From an uncultured Bacilli bacterium (GTDB taxonomy: Bacteria > Bacillota_I > Bacilli_A > RF39 > UBA660), in NCBI GenBank assembly GCA_934141615.1, contig CAKPCM010000002.1, positions 1 through 49,929 on the forward strand: DNA of 49,929 nt, given 5' to 3'. The notes beneath the pieces were generated by a model. That model had not been told where the DNA came from. It was given only the letters and a program-made list of their open reading frames with translations, and did no database searches. Shown here piece after piece: positions 21,986 to 31,917 of this stretch; positions within the stretch are counted from its first letter, which is position 1; each line of letters opens with the position of its first letter. A program made the translations under genes and the position numbers.

Positions 21986-22477
21986 ATGGATGCTTTTTCA
22001 TTGGCGCTTTCTTATGGTATAAAAAGCATATCAAAGAAAAACGTTATAATTACTGCTATAACAGTTGGATTATTTCACTTTTTTATGCCACTTCTAGGTA
22101 ATATGGTAGGTATTTCTCTTTTTGAAAATACTTTTATAAAGCCAAAATACGTACTTTTTGTAGTTTTTCTTCTTTTATCAGTAGATATGCTTTTAAATTT
22201 TTTTGAAGAAAATGCTAAAATTAGAGATTTAAATGTTTTTGGAACGCTCTTTTTTGCTATATCAGTTAGCTTAGATAGTTTTAGTGTTGGTATAGGAATA
22301 AACTATTTATATGATAATATTTTATTTGTAGTAAGTAGTTTTTGCATAATTAGTGCATTATTTACTTTCTTAGGTTTTTATCTAGGACGAAAGATAAATA
22401 ACAAGATAGGAAAGTATTCGTTTTTACTAGGCAGCATAACACTATTTATATACTCCCTTTTAGTATTGACAAACTAA
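21986..22477 (+). CDS. mntP: Manganese efflux pump MntP / YtaF family (DUF204 x2)
   Basis: SMDAFSLALSYG and SLDSFSVGIG repeats with 6 predicted TM segments. The frame is open from 21944 with an SD-supported ATT/ATC (see findings). Same neighbourhood as B. subtilis ywlD. Confidence 0.78.
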   Translation: MDAFSLALSYGIKSISKKNVIITAITVGLFHFFMPLLGNMVGISLFENTFIKPKYVLFVVFLLLSVDMLLNFFEENAKIRDLNVFGTLFFAISVSLDSFSVGIGINYLYDNILFVVSSFCIISALFTFLGFYLGRKINNKIGKYSFLLGSITLFIYSLLVLTN

Positions 22478-22526
22478 TATTTTTGTGCTAGTATATAGGG
22501 CATTCAAACAAAAGGGGGAGATTTGA

Positions 22527-23843
22527 ATGAAAGATAATAATTATAGTGCACCGCAAGTTAATAAGAATGGTAAAAAGAAGTTTTTAGCATCAGTTGTGGC
22601 TTTGATTATTGCAATAACTGGTGGAATTGGAGCTAAAAACGCAGTTAAATCATATAAAGGAAAAAATCCAGAACCAACTAGTCAGAGCGATACAGTTAAA
22701 ACTGACCCTCAAGAGGATTTAGAATATGTTTTTGTACAACCATTTAATATAAATGATGAAGAATCCGTAAAGGAAACAATTAATGCGGTAAATGATAAAT
22801 ATGATACTGCTATGCTTCAGAGAATGTGGGCTTACTTTAACGGAACTTTGACAAAAGAAGATTTTGGAAATATGAGCGATGATGATATTGTTAAAGAAAT
22901 AAGAGAATATGTAATTGTTTTATTTGACATCTTATCTAAAAACGTTACTGATTATGTTAATGTACAAGCGGGAGAAAAAAAAGATTTAGAAAAAGTTTTT
23001 GGATCAGAAAATCCCATAAGTGAAGATAGTGAATCTTATGACTATCCTAAAGAATTAGATGCTGTTCTAGATAATCAACTTAAAGCAATTGCTACTTCAA
23101 TCAGTGAAGATTATAGTGCACAATTTATAAATTTATCAGAAGAAGTTTGGTCTGATAGTAAAATGTTAGTTAACCAAAAAAATGCACTTATGGTAGCTTT
23201 TAATGTATATAAATCTTTATTTAAGAGCTTAACGAAAGAGCAAATAGACGATTTACAAGCGAACCAAGACAATATTGCTACTCTAGTATTAAACGAAACT
23301 ATACAAAAACTCGGATTAAAACCAAAAACTAATTATGACCTAACTGGTAAAGATAAAACGTCGGAGGGATATAATCCTGAAGATAAAGAAGATGCTGTTA
23401 AATATGCTGGTTCAACAGGTGAAGAAGAAACAAAATTAGATACAAAAGGTGGCAAGAAAACTAATGGTGGTAAAGGACAACAAGAAATAATAAGTAACCC
23501 TACTACTAGCAGTTCATCTAGTTCTAGTACAGCTGATGTTTCAAAAGAAGATTTAACAAAAAAATCAGAGACTGTAACAGGTGGAGATGTTGTGTCTACA
23601 ACTGAAAAAACAGAAACAACTACTATAATAGAAGAAGAGGATGTTGCCCCTGAAGAAGAAAAAACACAAGAGTCAAATGATTACGTTTATTCAGATGCCG
23701 ATTTTAATAGTTTAGACTCAAAAGAAAAAGGATTCATAACACTTGGATTTAGCGTAGCAGGAAGTATGCTAGTTTTAAAAAAGAAGAAGAGAAGAGCATT
23801 AGAAGAAGCAGAAGATACAAATAAAAATCAAAAACAAAGATAA
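22527..23843 (+). CDS. Hypothetical membrane protein with TM segments at both ends and a Ser/Thr/Glu-rich region
   Basis: SD AAGGGGGAG. TM FLASVVALIIAITGGIGA near the N-terminus. C-terminal TM ITLGFSVAGSMLVL followed by KKKKRR. No LPXTG motif. Confidence 0.55.
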   Translation: MKDNNYSAPQVNKNGKKKFLASVVALIIAITGGIGAKNAVKSYKGKNPEPTSQSDTVKTDPQEDLEYVFVQPFNINDEESVKETINAVNDKYDTAMLQRMWAYFNGTLTKEDFGNMSDDDIVKEIREYVIVLFDILSKNVTDYVNVQAGEKKDLEKVFGSENPISEDSESYDYPKELDAVLDNQLKAIATSISEDYSAQFINLSEEVWSDSKMLVNQKNALMVAFNVYKSLFKSLTKEQIDDLQANQDNIATLVLNETIQKLGLKPKTNYDLTGKDKTSEGYNPEDKEDAVKYAGSTGEEETKLDTKGGKKTNGGKGQQEIISNPTTSSSSSSSTADVSKEDLTKKSETVTGGDVVSTTEKTETTTIIEEEDVAPEEEKTQESNDYVYSDADFNSLDSKEKGFITLGFSVAGSMLVLKKKKRRALEEAEDTNKNQKQR

Positions 23844-23853
23844 TTAAAACTAG

Positions 23854-23882
23854 ACACTCAAATGTAAATTTGAGTGTTTTTC
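23854..23882 (+). terminator. Rho-independent terminator
   Basis: ACACTCAAAT/ATTTGAGTGT 10-bp stem, GTAA loop, T-run. Confidence 0.75.
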
Positions 23883-23933
23883 TTTGTCCAAATATGTAAA
23901 TTATGTTAAAATCGTATTAGAAGGTGATTTAAT

Positions 23934-24788
23934 GTGCTAGTAAATGGTAATGCAGTGTTGGAAAAGGCTTTAAAAGAGGGTTATGCGGTTCCTGCTTATA
24001 ACATAAATAATTTGGAATGGGCCAAGTATATATTAGAGGCTTGCCAGGAGGATAAAAGCCCGGTTATACTTGCGGTAACTGAAAAAAGTATTGATTATTT
24101 TGGTGGTGTTAATGTTGTGCATAACGTTGTTAAATCTCTTATTAATTCACTTAATATAACTGTTCCAGTAGTTTTGCATTTAGATCATGGAGGAAGCATA
24201 TCAATATGTAAACAGGCCATAGATTCTGGGTTTACATCGGTAATGCTTGATGCATCAGAAAAAAGTTTTGAAGAAAACGTAAATGATACTAACGAAGTTA
24301 TAGAGTATGCCAAGGAAAAAAGCGTAAGCGTTGAAGCTGAAATAGGTTCTATGAATAAAGAAGAAGGCGAAAAGTTAGTTTTAGGTGCTAAAACAACTAT
24401 CGATGAAGCTAAGGATTTTTATTTACAAACGGGAGTTGATTTTCTTGCACCATCCATTGGAAATATGCACGGAATATATAAGGAAAAACCAAACATAGAT
24501 TTTGATCTTTTAGGTTTGATATGCAAAGAAGTTAAAATACCACTTGTACTTCATGGGGCCTCAGGATTGGATGAAAACATGATAAAGGCTGCTATCTTTT
24601 GCGGGGTATCTAAAATAAACATAAATACAGATCTTATGTGTGCTTGGGCAAAAAGTGTTAGAACTTATTTAGAATTCAATAAAGAAGAGTATGATCCTAG
24701 AAAAATAATTTCAGCTGGAGAAAAAGCACTAAAAAAACTAGTTCACGAAAAAAATAGGTCGTTTGGTTCTGTAAATAGGGCTAATTAA
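23934..24788 (+). CDS. fba: Class II fructose-1,6-bisphosphate aldolase
   Basis: GTG start 6 nt after AAGGTGA. GYAVPAYNINNLEW, LHLDHG, IGNMHG, LVLHGASG motifs. Confidence 0.92.
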   Translation: MLVNGNAVLEKALKEGYAVPAYNINNLEWAKYILEACQEDKSPVILAVTEKSIDYFGGVNVVHNVVKSLINSLNITVPVVLHLDHGGSISICKQAIDSGFTSVMLDASEKSFEENVNDTNEVIEYAKEKSVSVEAEIGSMNKEEGEKLVLGAKTTIDEAKDFYLQTGVDFLAPSIGNMHGIYKEKPNIDFDLLGLICKEVKIPLVLHGASGLDENMIKAAIFCGVSKININTDLMCAWAKSVRTYLEFNKEEYDPRKIISAGEKALKKLVHEKNRSFGSVNRAN

Positions 24789-24843
24789 TCACTTTTTATA
24801 GCTTTTTTAATAAAATACTATGAAGAGAAGAAAGGAGTAAAAA

Positions 24844-26103
24844 ATGCACAAAATAATAATAGAAGGTAATAACAAGTTAAGTGGAAAAATAAGAATTAGT
24901 GGTTCTAAAAATAGTGCGGTTGCACTTGTTCCAGCGGCTGTTTTATGCGATGAAGAAGTAACCATTGCAAACGTACCTGGTATTTCTGATATAGATGCAT
25001 TAGATGAAATATTAAAGTTTTTAGGTGCTAAGGTAAAAAGAAAAGATGATGTTATGAAAATAGATTCATCTAAAATAAAAAATAAATTAATTCCAGAAAA
25101 AATATCTAAGAAACTAAGAGCATCATATTATTTTATGGGAGCATTACTTAGTAAATTTAAAAAAGTAGAGATGTATTTTCCTGGAGGATGTTCAATAGGA
25201 GCAAGACCTATTAATTTACACTTAAAAGGTTTTGAAGCGCTAGGTGCAAAAGTAGAGGAAAAAGATAATTTATTTATAATTACGGCAGATAAACTTATTG
25301 GGACTAAAATAAATCTAGATTTTGCATCAGTTGGTGCAACAATAAACCTAATGCTTGCAGCGGTAAAGGCAGAAGGAACTACAATAATATCTAACGCTGC
25401 TAAAGAGCCACACATAGTTAATGTTGCAACGTTTTTAAACAACATGGGAGCTAAAATAAGTGGAGCAGGAACTAGCGAAATAAAAATAGTTGGGGTATCT
25501 AAACTTCATTCATGTTTCCACGAAGTTGTACCAGATTATATAGAAACTGGTACGTATATGATTTTAGCAAGTGCTCTAGGAGATGCTATAACGATAGAAA
25601 ACATCATTCCGGATCACGTAGAATCACTTATATCTAAATTGGAAGACGTTGGTGTTCCAATGGAAATAGGAGTTGATTACATAAATATAAAAGCCCCAGA
25701 AAAACTTAAGGCAACAAACGTAAAAACACAAGTTTATCCTGGATTTCCAACCGATCTTCAGCAACCATTTGCTGCATTACTTACGCAGGCTACTGGAAAA
25801 TCAGTTATAAACGAAACCATTTACGAAAATAGATTTCAAAACTTATACGAACTAAATAAAATGGGAGCTACGACAGAACTTTTAACAAATCAACAGGCTG
25901 TAATAGTAGGACCTACTAAATTAACCGGAAACACGGTTAGAGCAACAGATTTAAGAGCTGGAGCATCACTTGTTATTGCAGGTTTAATAGCAAATGGAAC
26001 AACAACCATATTAGATGCAGATTACGTATTAAGAGGCTATGAAGACCTTGTTGAAAAATTAACTAATGTAGGGGCAAAAATAAAATTAGAAAAGGAAGAT
26101 TAA
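24844..26103 (+). CDS. murA: UDP-N-acetylglucosamine 1-carboxyvinyltransferase
   Basis: SGSKNSAVALVPAA; active-site Cys loop GGCSIGARPINLHLKG; 419 aa. Confidence 0.95.
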   Translation: MHKIIIEGNNKLSGKIRISGSKNSAVALVPAAVLCDEEVTIANVPGISDIDALDEILKFLGAKVKRKDDVMKIDSSKIKNKLIPEKISKKLRASYYFMGALLSKFKKVEMYFPGGCSIGARPINLHLKGFEALGAKVEEKDNLFIITADKLIGTKINLDFASVGATINLMLAAVKAEGTTIISNAAKEPHIVNVATFLNNMGAKISGAGTSEIKIVGVSKLHSCFHEVVPDYIETGTYMILASALGDAITIENIIPDHVESLISKLEDVGVPMEIGVDYINIKAPEKLKATNVKTQVYPGFPTDLQQPFAALLTQATGKSVINETIYENRFQNLYELNKMGATTELLTNQQAVIVGPTKLTGNTVRATDLRAGASLVIAGLIANGTTTILDADYVLRGYEDLVEKLTNVGAKIKLEKED

Positions 26104-26106
26104 ATA

Positions 26107-26280
26107 ATGGCATTAAAAGAAAAAGCAAAAGCAAATAACAAAATAGATAAAAATGAAAAACAAAAGCAAATTGTTTATTCTGATGGAGCTTATACCATAC
26201 ACGTTCCAATGGATGTAATGGAGAAGGCTAAAGAGCGTATAAATAAAATGAATGACGAAAGCGCAAATAAGTCAAAATAA
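26107..26280 (+). CDS. Possible small Lys-rich protein (57 aa), unannotated in the ORF track
   Basis: ATG at 26107, 7 nt after AAGGAAG; MALKEKAKANNKIDKNEKQKQIVYSDGAYTIHVPMDVMEKAKERINKMNDESANKSK. A terminator follows. Confidence 0.35.
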   Translation: MALKEKAKANNKIDKNEKQKQIVYSDGAYTIHVPMDVMEKAKERINKMNDESANKSK

Positions 26281-26309
26281 ATTGTACTAAAACCCTTTTA
26301 TAATAAATA

Positions 26310-26339
26310 AAATAGTATTGCTAGTAAATACTATTTTTT
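26310..26339 (+). terminator. Rho-independent terminator
   Basis: AAATAGTATT/AATACTATTT stem with 7-nt loop and T6. Confidence 0.65.
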
Positions 26340-26355
26340 ATTATGGAGGAATACT

Positions 26356-27117
26356 ATGAAAAGAAGGTATAAACTATTAATTGGTTTTTTAATAACGGGA
26401 ATATTTCTTATAACTATATTTTTTATAACAAGAGATAAGAAGGTTTATTATTTGTCACTAGGTGACTCTTTAGCAGCGGGACAGACTCCGAATAACAGCA
26501 TAGGTTTAAGTTATGGGGATTATGTTTCTGAGTATTTAAAAGATAAAGAAGTGTTAGAATTTTATACTAAGTCTTTTGCAAAGAGTGGGTATAGGAGTAT
26601 AGATTTGTTAAACGATTTAAAAAACAATAAGACGGTTAAGATAAATGGTAAGGCACTTACAATTAAACATGCACTTATAAAAGCGGACATAGTAACTCTT
26701 AGCATTGGATCAAATGATCTATTTTATAAACTGAACATAGGTAATGAATTTGATTTAAATGAGTTTGATGATATATATACGTACGTTGATGAGTCAATTA
26801 AAGATATAGATAAACTTCTTTATGAACTCAGAAAATCATGCAAGGAACAAATAATGGTATTTGGTTTTTATAATCCTTTTACAGCGTTTTCTAGCACTTT
26901 AGCAAACACGGTTGAACCAGTTATTTTATACGCTAATAATAAAATGGAAGATTTAGTTAAAAAATATGACATGACATATGTTGATATTCACGATATGTTT
27001 TTAGCTAATGATAACTATCTTCCTAAAAAATTAGAAATTCATCCAACCACTTTAGGTTATAAGGCTATGGCAAAAAGTGTTATTAGTTTAATTGATAAAA
27101 AAACACTTGCAAAATAA
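26356..27117 (+). CDS. SGNH/GDSL-family hydrolase with N-terminal membrane anchor
   Basis: Block I LSLGDSLAAG, block III SIGSNDL, block V EIHPT; TM at residues ~5-25. Confidence 0.85.
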   Translation: MKRRYKLLIGFLITGIFLITIFFITRDKKVYYLSLGDSLAAGQTPNNSIGLSYGDYVSEYLKDKEVLEFYTKSFAKSGYRSIDLLNDLKNNKTVKINGKALTIKHALIKADIVTLSIGSNDLFYKLNIGNEFDLNEFDDIYTYVDESIKDIDKLLYELRKSCKEQIMVFGFYNPFTAFSSTLANTVEPVILYANNKMEDLVKKYDMTYVDIHDMFLANDNYLPKKLEIHPTTLGYKAMAKSVISLIDKKTLAK

Positions 27118-27192
27118 TAAAACAATTGTTATAATATAAAAGATTTTATATCTATGACTTTATAAGAGTCATGGCGAAAGGAGCTATAGAAT

Positions 27193-27417
27193 ATGCCTAA
27201 AAAAGAAAGTATCTATATGACTTCTACAGTTACATGTACTTGTGGAAACACATTCGAAACAAAATCTACTAAGGATAAAATACACGTAGAATCTTGCTTT
27301 AAATGTCATCCATTCTACACTGGTCAAGCAACTATGCAATCAAAGACTGGTAGAGCTGAGAAGTTTAACCAAAAATATGGTTTAAAGAGCAATGTTAGTG
27401 CAACAAAAGCTGAGTAA
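27193..27417 (+). CDS. rpmE: 50S ribosomal protein L31 (Zn-ribbon type)
   Basis: CTCGN...CFKCHPFYTG...RAEKFNQKYGL. Confidence 0.9.
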   Translation: MPKKESIYMTSTVTCTCGNTFETKSTKDKIHVESCFKCHPFYTGQATMQSKTGRAEKFNQKYGLKSNVSATKAE

Positions 27418-27434
27418 TAACCATAAGTAAACTA

Positions 27435-27464
27435 TTGACAAAAAACACAAAATAGTGTTATATT
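27435..27464 (+). promoter_or_regulatory. Candidate str-operon promoter
   Basis: TTGACA (27435-27440), 18-nt spacer, TGtTATATT extended -10 (27456-27464). Confidence 0.55.
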
Positions 27465-27560
27465 AAATAAGCTGATGTTTAAGTCTTACTATTTTCGTAA
27501 GGCTTAAAAATATATCATAAATGAAACACCAGGTAGTGTGTTAAGAAAGGAGTAGAAATT

Positions 27561-27974
27561 ATGCCTACAATAAACCAAATTCTTCGTCATGGAAGACAAA
27601 AGAAGACTCGTAAGCCAAAAGCACCTGTTTTACTTGTTAGAACTAATACTCTAAAGAAGAAAAACATCTCTGCTTCATCACCACAAAAACGTGGAGTTTG
27701 TACTCGTGTTGGTACTATGACACCAAAGAAGCCAAACTCAGCATTACGTAAGTATGCTCGTGTACGTTTAAGTAATGGTTACGAAGTAACTGCTTATATT
27801 CCTGGAGAAGGACACAACTTACAAGAACACAGCGTAGTATTAATACGTGGTGGTCGTGTTAAGGACTTAATCGGTGTGCGTTATCACATCATAAGAGGTA
27901 CATTAGATACTCAAGGTGTTGCTGATAGAAAACAAGCAAGATCTAAGTATGGTGCTAAAAGACCTAAAAAGTAA
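27561..27974 (+). CDS. rpsL: 30S ribosomal protein S12
   Basis: [39 protein letters not shown]. Confidence 0.97.
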   Translation: MPTINQILRHGRQKKTRKPKAPVLLVRTNTLKKKNISASSPQKRGVCTRVGTMTPKKPNSALRKYARVRLSNGYEVTAYIPGEGHNLQEHSVVLIRGGRVKDLIGVRYHIIRGTLDTQGVADRKQARSKYGAKRPKK

Positions 27975-27984
27975 AAAATAATAA

Positions 27985-28482
<498 letters not shown>

Positions 28483-28496
28483 GAAAGGATTAGTAT

Positions 28497-30569
28497 ATGG
28501 CTCGTGAATATTCATTAGAAAAAACTCGTAACATTGGTATTATGGCTCACGTTGATGCCGGAAAAACCACTTGTACAGAGCGTGTTTTATTCCATACCCA
28601 TAAGATTCACAAAATTGGTGAAACTCATGATGGTGAATCACAAATGGACTGGATGGAACAAGAAAAAGAACGTGGTATTACCATTACTTCCGCTGCTACT
28701 ACTGCATTCTGGAAGGGTAATCGTTTAAACATCATTGATACTCCAGGTCACGTAGACTTCACAATCGAAGTTACAAGATCACTTAGAGTACTAGATGGTG
28801 CCGTTACAGTACTTGATTCACAAAATGGTGTTGAACCTCAAACTGAAAACGTTTGGCGTCAAGCAACTGAAATGGGTGTTCCAAGACTTGTTTTCTCAAA
28901 CAAGATGGACAAAATGGGTGCAGACTTTGCAGCTAGTGTTGAATCTATTAAAACAAGATTAGGTGTTAAAGCAACTGCTATTCAATGGCCAATTGGTGCT
29001 GAATCAGAATTTGACGGCATAATTGACTTAGTTACAATGAAGGCTTATCACTATGATGGTAAACCAGAAGAAAATCCTACTGAAATCGAAATTCCAGCTG
29101 ACTTAAAAGACATAGCAGAAGAAAAGAGAATTGCTATGATTGAAGATGCTGCTGAATTCGATGAAGAATTAATGGAAAAATACTTAGAAGGTGCTGAAAT
29201 TTCTGTTGACCTAATTAAAAGAGCAATCAGAAAAGGTGTTCTTGCAGTTAAGATGTTCCCAGTAATGTGCGGTACTGCACTTGGAAACATTGGTGTTAAG
29301 TTAATGCTTGATGCTGTAATAGATTACTTACCTGCACCAACTGATATTCCATCAATTAAGGGTCACGATGAAAATGATCACGAAGTATTAAGACATGCAT
29401 CAGATAGTGAACCATTTGCTGCATTAGCATTCAAGATTATGACAGACCCATTCGTTGGTAGATTATCATTCTTCCGTGTATATTCAGGTACACTAAAGAG
29501 TGGTTCATATGTTCTTAATGCAAACAAAGGCGTTAAAGAAAGAATTGGACGTATCTTACAAATGCACGCTAATAACCGTACTGAAATACAAGAAGTATTC
29601 GCAGGTGATATAGCAGCAGCCGTAGGACTTAAAAATACTACAACAGGAGATACTTTATGTGACGAAAAACACGAAGTTATCCTTGAAAAAATGGTTATTC
29701 CTGAACCAGTTATCTCAATTGCTATTGAGCCAAAGAGTAAGGGAGACCAAGAAAAGATGTCTACTGCACTTCAAAAGTTAGCAGAAGAAGATCCAACATT
29801 TAGAGCAGAAACTGATCAAGAATCTGGTCAAACTGTTATATCTGGTATGGGTGAACTTCACTTGGACGTATTAGTAGACAGAATGAAACGTGAGTTTGGT
29901 GTTGAAGCAAACATTGGTAAACCACAAGTTGCTTATCGTGAAACTTTAACAGCTGCCGGTGATTGTGAAGGTAAATATATCAAACAATCAGGTGGACGTG
30001 GTCAATATGGACACGTTTGGGTTAAGTTTGAACCAAATCCAGATAAAGGATATGAATTCGTTGACGCTATCGTTGGTGGTGTTGTTCCTCGTGAATACAT
30101 CCCAGTAGTAGACAAGGGATTACAAGAAGCTATGAAAACTGGTGTTTTAGCTGGATATCCTATGATAGACGTTAAGGCAACATTATTTGATGGTTCTTAC
30201 CACGATGTTGACTCTAACGAAATGGCATTTAAGGTTGCTGCATCGTTAGCACTTAAAGAAGCTAAGAAAAACTGTAAACCAGTACTTCTAGAACCAATAA
30301 TGAAAGTTGATATAGTAGTTCCAGAAGAATACTTAGGTAACGTAATGGGTGATGTTACATCTCGTCGTGGACGTCCAATGGGACAAGAAGCACAAGGTAA
30401 CTCACTTAAGATCAATGCTTACGTACCATTATCAGAAATGTTTGGTTACGCAACAAGCTTAAGATCTAATACTCAAGGACGTGGTACATTCATGATGTTA
30501 TTTGATCACTATGAAGAAGTACCTAAGAGTATCTCAGAAGACATCATTAAGAAAAATGGTGCACAATAA
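28497..30569 (+). CDS. fusA: Elongation factor G
   Basis: [21 protein letters not shown] GTPase motifs; 690 aa. Confidence 0.98.
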   Translation: MAREYSLEKTRNIGIMAHVDAGKTTCTERVLFHTHKIHKIGETHDGESQMDWMEQEKERGITITSAATTAFWKGNRLNIIDTPGHVDFTIEVTRSLRVLDGAVTVLDSQNGVEPQTENVWRQATEMGVPRLVFSNKMDKMGADFAASVESIKTRLGVKATAIQWPIGAESEFDGIIDLVTMKAYHYDGKPEENPTEIEIPADLKDIAEEKRIAMIEDAAEFDEELMEKYLEGAEISVDLIKRAIRKGVLAVKMFPVMCGTALGNIGVKLMLDAVIDYLPAPTDIPSIKGHDENDHEVLRHASDSEPFAALAFKIMTDPFVGRLSFFRVYSGTLKSGSYVLNANKGVKERIGRILQMHANNRTEIQEVFAGDIAAAVGLKNTTTGDTLCDEKHEVILEKMVIPEPVISIAIEPKSKGDQEKMSTALQKLAEEDPTFRAETDQESGQTVISGMGELHLDVLVDRMKREFGVEANIGKPQVAYRETLTAAGDCEGKYIKQSGGRGQYGHVWVKFEPNPDKGYEFVDAIVGGVVPREYIPVVDKGLQEAMKTGVLAGYPMIDVKATLFDGSYHDVDSNEMAFKVAASLALKEAKKNCKPVLLEPIMKVDIVVPEEYLGNVMGDVTSRRGRPMGQEAQGNSLKINAYVPLSEMFGYATSLRSNTQGRGTFMMLFDHYEEVPKSISEDIIKKNGAQ

Positions 30570-30581
30570 TAAATAATCCTG

Positions 30582-30606
30582 AGGGAAAATACTTGCTATT
30601 TTCCCT
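30582..30606 (+). other. Perfect 10-bp hairpin in the fusA-tuf spacer, no U-tract
   Basis: AGGGAAAATA/TATTTTCCCT with 5-nt loop. Possible partial terminator, processing or stabiliser element. Confidence 0.4.
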
Positions 30607-30655
30607 TAGATTAGATAAAATAGATATGTAATTCATATAGGGAGGAAAAATAATT

Positions 30656-31840
30656 ATGGCAAAAGAAAAATTTGATCGTTCAAAACCACATGTTAACATT
30701 GGTACTATTGGACACGTTGACCATGGTAAAACTACTTTAACAGCTGCAATCACTAAAAGATTAGCTGAAAAGGGACAAGCTAAATTCGAAGACTATGCAG
30801 ATATCGATAAAGCTCCTGAAGAAAGAGAACGTGGTATAACAATTAACACTGCACACGTTGAGTATGAAACTGACAAACGTCACTATGCTCACGTAGACTG
30901 CCCAGGACACGCTGACTATGTTAAAAACATGATCACTGGTGCTGCACAAATGGACGGAGCAATCCTAGTTTTAGCTGCAACTGATGGTCCTATGGCTCAA
31001 ACTAAAGAACACATCTTACTTGCTCGTCAAGTTGGTGTTCCAAGAATCGTTGTATTCATGAACAAATGTGATATGGTTGACGATCCAGAAATGCTAGACT
31101 TAGTAGAAATGGATGTTCGTGAACTATTATCTAAATACGGATATGACGGAGATAACACTCCAGTAATCCGTGGTTCTGCTCTTAAAGCTCTTGAAGGAGA
31201 TCCAGAGTGGGAAGCTAAGATTGATGAATTAATGAACGCTGTTGATGAATGGATTCCAACTCCAGAAAGAGACAACACAAAACCATTCTTAATGTCAATC
31301 GAAGACGTATTTACTATCACTGGACGTGGTACTGTTGTTACAGGACGTGTTGAACGTGGTGAATTAAAATTAAACGACGAAGTTGAAATCGTAGGTTTAA
31401 AACCAACTCAAAAGACAGTTGTTACTGGTATTGAAATGTTCCGTAAACAACTAGACTTTGCTGAAGCAGGAGATAACGCTGGTGTATTATTACGTGGTAT
31501 TTCACGTGAACAAGTACAACGTGGTCAAGTTCTTGCTAAACCAGGAACAGTTACTCCACATACTAAATTTGAAGCTCAAGTTTACGTATTAAGTAAAGAA
31601 GAAGGCGGACGTCATACTCCATTCTTCTCAAACTACAGACCTCAATTCTACTTCAGAACTACTGATGTTACTGGTGTTGTTACATTACCAGAAGGAACTG
31701 AAATGGTTATGCCTGGTGACAACGTTAATATGTCAGTTGAATTAATTGCTCCAATCGCAATTGAAAACGGTACTAAGTTCTCTATCCGTGAAGGTGGACG
31801 TACTGTTGGTGCTGGTACAGTTACTAAGATTGATGCATAA
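30656..31840 (+). CDS. tuf: Elongation factor Tu
   Basis: [21 protein letters not shown]; 394 aa. Confidence 0.98.
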   Translation: MAKEKFDRSKPHVNIGTIGHVDHGKTTLTAAITKRLAEKGQAKFEDYADIDKAPEERERGITINTAHVEYETDKRHYAHVDCPGHADYVKNMITGAAQMDGAILVLAATDGPMAQTKEHILLARQVGVPRIVVFMNKCDMVDDPEMLDLVEMDVRELLSKYGYDGDNTPVIRGSALKALEGDPEWEAKIDELMNAVDEWIPTPERDNTKPFLMSIEDVFTITGRGTVVTGRVERGELKLNDEVEIVGLKPTQKTVVTGIEMFRKQLDFAEAGDNAGVLLRGISREQVQRGQVLAKPGTVTPHTKFEAQVYVLSKEEGGRHTPFFSNYRPQFYFRTTDVTGVVTLPEGTEMVMPGDNVNMSVELIAPIAIENGTKFSIREGGRTVGAGTVTKIDA

Positions 31841-31854
31841 TTAAGGTTAAACTA

Positions 31855-31886
31855 AAAGACATTCATTAATGAGTGTCTTTTTTTGT
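31855..31886 (+). terminator. Rho-independent terminator after tuf
   Basis: AAAGACATTCA/TGAGTGTCTTT stem followed by T7. Confidence 0.75.
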
Positions 31887-31889
31887 GCA

Positions 31890-31916
31890 TAAAAAAACAG
31901 AAGAATGTATCTTCTG
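31890..31916 (-). terminator. Rho-independent terminator of the fem-like gene (minus strand)
   Basis: CAGAAGA/TCTTCTG hairpin. On the minus strand it is followed by T7 (A7 at 31890-31896 on +). Confidence 0.6.
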
Positions 31917-31917
31917 A

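Noticed and set aside
23505-23535. Ser-run coding DNA in the 22527-23843 gene as a possible slipped-strand repeat
   Set aside because: The Ser codons are mixed (AGC AGT TCA TCT AGT TCT AGT) and do not form a perfect tandem DNA repeat.
28534-28728. 64-aa alternative-frame ORF within fusA, and similar minus-strand ORFs in fusA/tuf (29051-29290, 30197-30415, 30547-30753, 30761-30949, 31027-31320)
   Set aside because: They are embedded in or antisense to EF-G and EF-Tu coding sequence, with no independent signals.
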